Positions 61,781 to 64,000 of a stretch of 64,000 nt of DNA are shown here, piece by piece. Numbering within the stretch: the stretch's first letter is position 1; each line of letters starts with the position of its first letter. Position numbers and translations under genes: made by a program. Origin of the DNA: Deltaproteobacteria bacterium. Its GTDB lineage: Bacteria > Desulfobacterota > Binatia > Bin18. Under the pieces are notes generated by a model, which was given only the letters and a program-made list of their open reading frames with translations, did no database searches and was not told the DNA's origin. The DNA is taken from positions 53,025 through 117,024 of the forward strand of contig JACPWD010000048.1 in NCBI GenBank assembly GCA_016197285.1, read 5' to 3'.

Positions 61781-63040
61781 ATGACGGCAACAAGCAATGG
61801 AAAAAAGCAGCTCCTCGCCGGCGTCAAAGTTCTGGATTTCACCCAGTATCTCGCCGGTCCGGCAGCCACGCGGCTGCTCGCCGACCTCGGAGCGGACGTA
61901 GTGAAGATCGAACGCACCCCCGATGGCGATTTGGGTCGCAAAATCCATCTCGTCACTCCAGACATCAGCGGATTTTTTCTCGCCGCTTCCGCCGGCAAGA
62001 AGAGTCTGGCCATCGAATTCAGAAATCCCACGGGTATCGAAATCGTCAAAGAGTTGGTGCGGCAGGTGGACGTGGCGGTAGAGAATTACAGCCCCGGGGT
62101 CATGGCCAAATACGGACTCGATTACGAATCGCTCAAGCGAATCAACCCGCAGCTCATCATGTGTTCCATCTCCGGCTATGGTCAGGACGGTCCCTACGCC
62201 CATCACACCAGCTTCGATATTATCGCCCAGGCCCAGAGCGGCGTCATGGCGATGACCGGCGAGCCTGATGGCCCGCCGGAATACGTGGGGAACTATTTCG
62301 GCGACCCGAACGCCGGCATTCATGGCGCCTTAGCCATCTGCGCCGCACTCTTCCATCGCGCGTTACACGGCGAGGGGCAATATATCGACGTGTCGCAGCT
62401 CGAAGCGCTCGTATATCTCGACTACATTAACTTTCCGCTGTTCATGATGAGCAACGGCGCGATTCAGCCCAAACGGTTCGGCGGCGATTTCTTTAACATC
62501 TGTCCGTATGGCGTGTATAAAGCCAAGCACGGGCACATCGTCTTTGCCGTTGCGGAGCATCAGTGGGGTCCACTCGTGCGCGCTATGGGGAAGCCGGAAC
62601 TCCAAACGGACCCCCGCTATGCCACCCAGATCGCGCGCTGCCAACGCCGTCCGGAGGTCAGACAACATATCGAGACGTGGCTGCAAACTTTCGAGGACGA
62701 CGAAACTCCGCTACGCATTCTGGCGGAGGCACGCGTCCCCTCGGCGCCTATTCTCGACATTCCGCAAGTGCCAGAGCATCGGCAGCTCAAAGCTCGCCAA
62801 CTATTTCAGGACGTACCGCACCCGGTGCTCGGTTCGACACCGGTGGCCAAGTCGCCCTTCCACTTTTCTACCGCGTCGGTCGCGATTCCATTTCGCGCAC
62901 CGCTGCTCGGCGAGCATAACGAGGAAATTTTGCAGGGCCGCTTAGGCTACGACAGCGAACGGATTGCCGGACTCTATCGGGATGGGGTGATCGTGCAGGA
63001 TGGAAAGGTGAGAGAGCTGCGCGAAGCGGGGAAATTATAG
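61781..63040 (+). CDS. family III CoA-transferase (CaiB/BaiF)
   Basis: AAGGAGGA RBS and GVKVLDFTQYLAGPAATRLLADLGADVVKIER. Confidence 0.8.
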   Translation: MTATSNGKKQLLAGVKVLDFTQYLAGPAATRLLADLGADVVKIERTPDGDLGRKIHLVTPDISGFFLAASAGKKSLAIEFRNPTGIEIVKELVRQVDVAVENYSPGVMAKYGLDYESLKRINPQLIMCSISGYGQDGPYAHHTSFDIIAQAQSGVMAMTGEPDGPPEYVGNYFGDPNAGIHGALAICAALFHRALHGEGQYIDVSQLEALVYLDYINFPLFMMSNGAIQPKRFGGDFFNICPYGVYKAKHGHIVFAVAEHQWGPLVRAMGKPELQTDPRYATQIARCQRRPEVRQHIETWLQTFEDDETPLRILAEARVPSAPILDIPQVPEHRQLKARQLFQDVPHPVLGSTPVAKSPFHFSTASVAIPFRAPLLGEHNEEILQGRLGYDSERIAGLYRDGVIVQDGKVRELREAGKL

Positions 63041-63090
63041 GAGGGGATTGGGGACTAGGGACTAGGGACTGGGGGTGAGGGGAGGGAGAA
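63041..63090. repeat. G-rich heptamer array (G-quadruplex-capable) between convergent genes
   Basis: GGGGATT GGGGACT AGGGACT AGGGACT GGGGGTG AGGGGAG GGAGAAA. It has at least 7 G-runs of 3 or more on the + strand. Confidence 0.75.
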
Positions 63091-63091
63091 A

Positions 63092-63964
63092 CTACTGACT
63101 CGACCGTAGCAGGTCGCCGACGCGCCCTTCGGCTTTGCGAATATCTTCCTCGTACTTGAGGATGATATTTAAGGTGCGGCGGATGGTGGGCGCGTCGAGT
63201 TCCTTAATGCCGAGAGCGACGAGTGCGCGCGCCCAATCCAGGGTTTCGGCGATGCTCGGCGCTTTTTTCATGTCCAGCTTCCGCAGTCCACCGACGAACC
63301 GCGCCACTTGCCGACGGAGTCGCTCATCGAGGTCCGGCACTTTCAAAGCGACGATGCGCGCTTCATCCTCAGCACCGGGAAAGTCGATGTAGAGATGTAG
63401 GCAACGACGCTTGAGCGCTTCGGATAATTCGCGCGCGCGATTGGACGTGAGAATCGCCACCGGCTTCTGCACCGCGCTGAGGGTACCTAGCTCCGGCACG
63501 CTGACCTGAAAATCGCTGAGCACTTCGAGCAGAAACGCCTCGAACTCCTCGTCCGCTTTGTCGATCTCGTCGATGAGGAGCACAACTTTGCGCGGTGCGC
63601 TAATCGCCCGCAAGAGCGGACGCTCCAGCAAGTATTCGCGCGAGAAGATATGGTGCGACACCTCGGTCCACCCATGCTTCTGCGTGGTGTCGGCTTGAAT
63701 ACGGAGGAGCTGTTTTTGATAATTCCACTCGAATAGCGCCCGGGCCTCGTCCAACCCCTCGTAGCATTGCAGCCGCACCAAGTCGGTGTGCAGAAGGGTA
63801 GCGAGGACTTTAGCGACTTCGGTTTTTCCTACTCCGGCGGGGCCCTCGATCAGTAGCGGCTTCTCGAGCACGAGGGCCAGATAGATCGCAGTTTCCACCT
63901 TGGCGGTCGTGATGTAGCGGCACTGTTTCAAGCCGCTGTGTACGAAGTCGAGGGTAATCTCCAT
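63092..63964 (-). CDS. MoxR-like AAA ATPase
   Basis: It has Walker A GPAGVGKT and Walker B VLLIDEIDKA. It is ~290 aa with a MoxR/CoxD-like layout. Confidence 0.8.
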   Translation of the reverse strand: MEITLDFVHSGLKQCRYITTAKVETAIYLALVLEKPLLIEGPAGVGKTEVAKVLATLLHTDLVRLQCYEGLDEARALFEWNYQKQLLRIQADTTQKHGWTEVSHHIFSREYLLERPLLRAISAPRKVVLLIDEIDKADEEFEAFLLEVLSDFQVSVPELGTLSAVQKPVAILTSNRARELSEALKRRCLHLYIDFPGAEDEARIVALKVPDLDERLRRQVARFVGGLRKLDMKKAPSIAETLDWARALVALGIKELDAPTIRRTLNIILKYEEDIRKAEGRVGDLLRSSQ

Positions 63965-64000
63965 TCAGACTTCGACGACGAAACCGTCATGCGCGCATTC
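63965..64000 (-). other. 3' end of an unidentified minus-strand CDS (TGA overlaps/abuts MoxR start)
   Basis: The reverse strand reads ...ECAHDGFVVEV-stop immediately before the MoxR ATG. It is too short to identify. Confidence 0.3.

Noticed and set aside
9474-63090. A CRISPR array as the explanation for the many short repeats.
   Set aside because: The repeats are 7-nt tandem units or 25-35-nt palindromes, dispersed singly or in pairs. There is no regular repeat-spacer periodicity of 55-75 nt, and there are no cas genes.
1-64000. A prophage, integrative element or defence island (checked near tRNA-Sec and HicB).
   Set aside because: No integrase, transposase, phage structural, restriction-modification, Cas, retron RT or other recognisable defence gene is present. 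The tRNA-Sec flanks show REP elements but no att-like direct repeat that I could see.

Overview
This is a GC-rich, gene-dense chromosomal segment from a diderm bacterium; the evidence for a diderm is lnt, T2SS pseudopilins and an outer-membrane DUF1302-like protein. I called about 60 CDS, and all product names come from motif or architecture recognition only, because no searches were run.

Content in order:
- A co-directional envelope-export block: a truncated RND/MMPL exporter, a GldA/F/G-like ABC-2 system, DUF4340 and DUF1302.
- Housekeeping genes: glmU-glmS, selA with a tail-to-tail tRNA-Sec, purC, lnt and a ComM/YifB-like ATPase.
- A long mosaic of catabolic or xenobiotic-type enzymes. It holds 4 luciferase-like (LLM) oxidoreductases, 2 amidase-signature enzymes, 2 family-III CoA-transferases and 4 alpha/beta-hydrolases. 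It also holds an extradiol dioxygenase, a Rieske oxygenase alpha subunit, an ACMSD-type amidohydrolase, GST, SDR, an acyl-CoA dehydrogenase and a PQQ/cytochrome-c dehydrogenase.
- A stand-alone minor-pseudopilin operon (GspH-I-J-K-like).
- Two histidine kinases flanking an unknown exported protein.
- Three decayed copies of an adenylate-cyclase/AAA/TPR signalling gene.

No transposase, integrase, CRISPR array, rRNA or recognisable defence system was seen.

The most unusual signal is non-coding. Almost every intergenic spacer carries one of two repeat types. The first is REP/MITE-like palindromic units of the GTCATTCTGAGCG-AGCGAAGAATC type. The second is short tandem repeats with a strict 7-nt period (STRR-like). 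The 7-nt repeats often occur as inverted blocks that form hairpins. One class is G-rich with G-quadruplex potential. Some copies are translated inside genes or mark deletion junctions.
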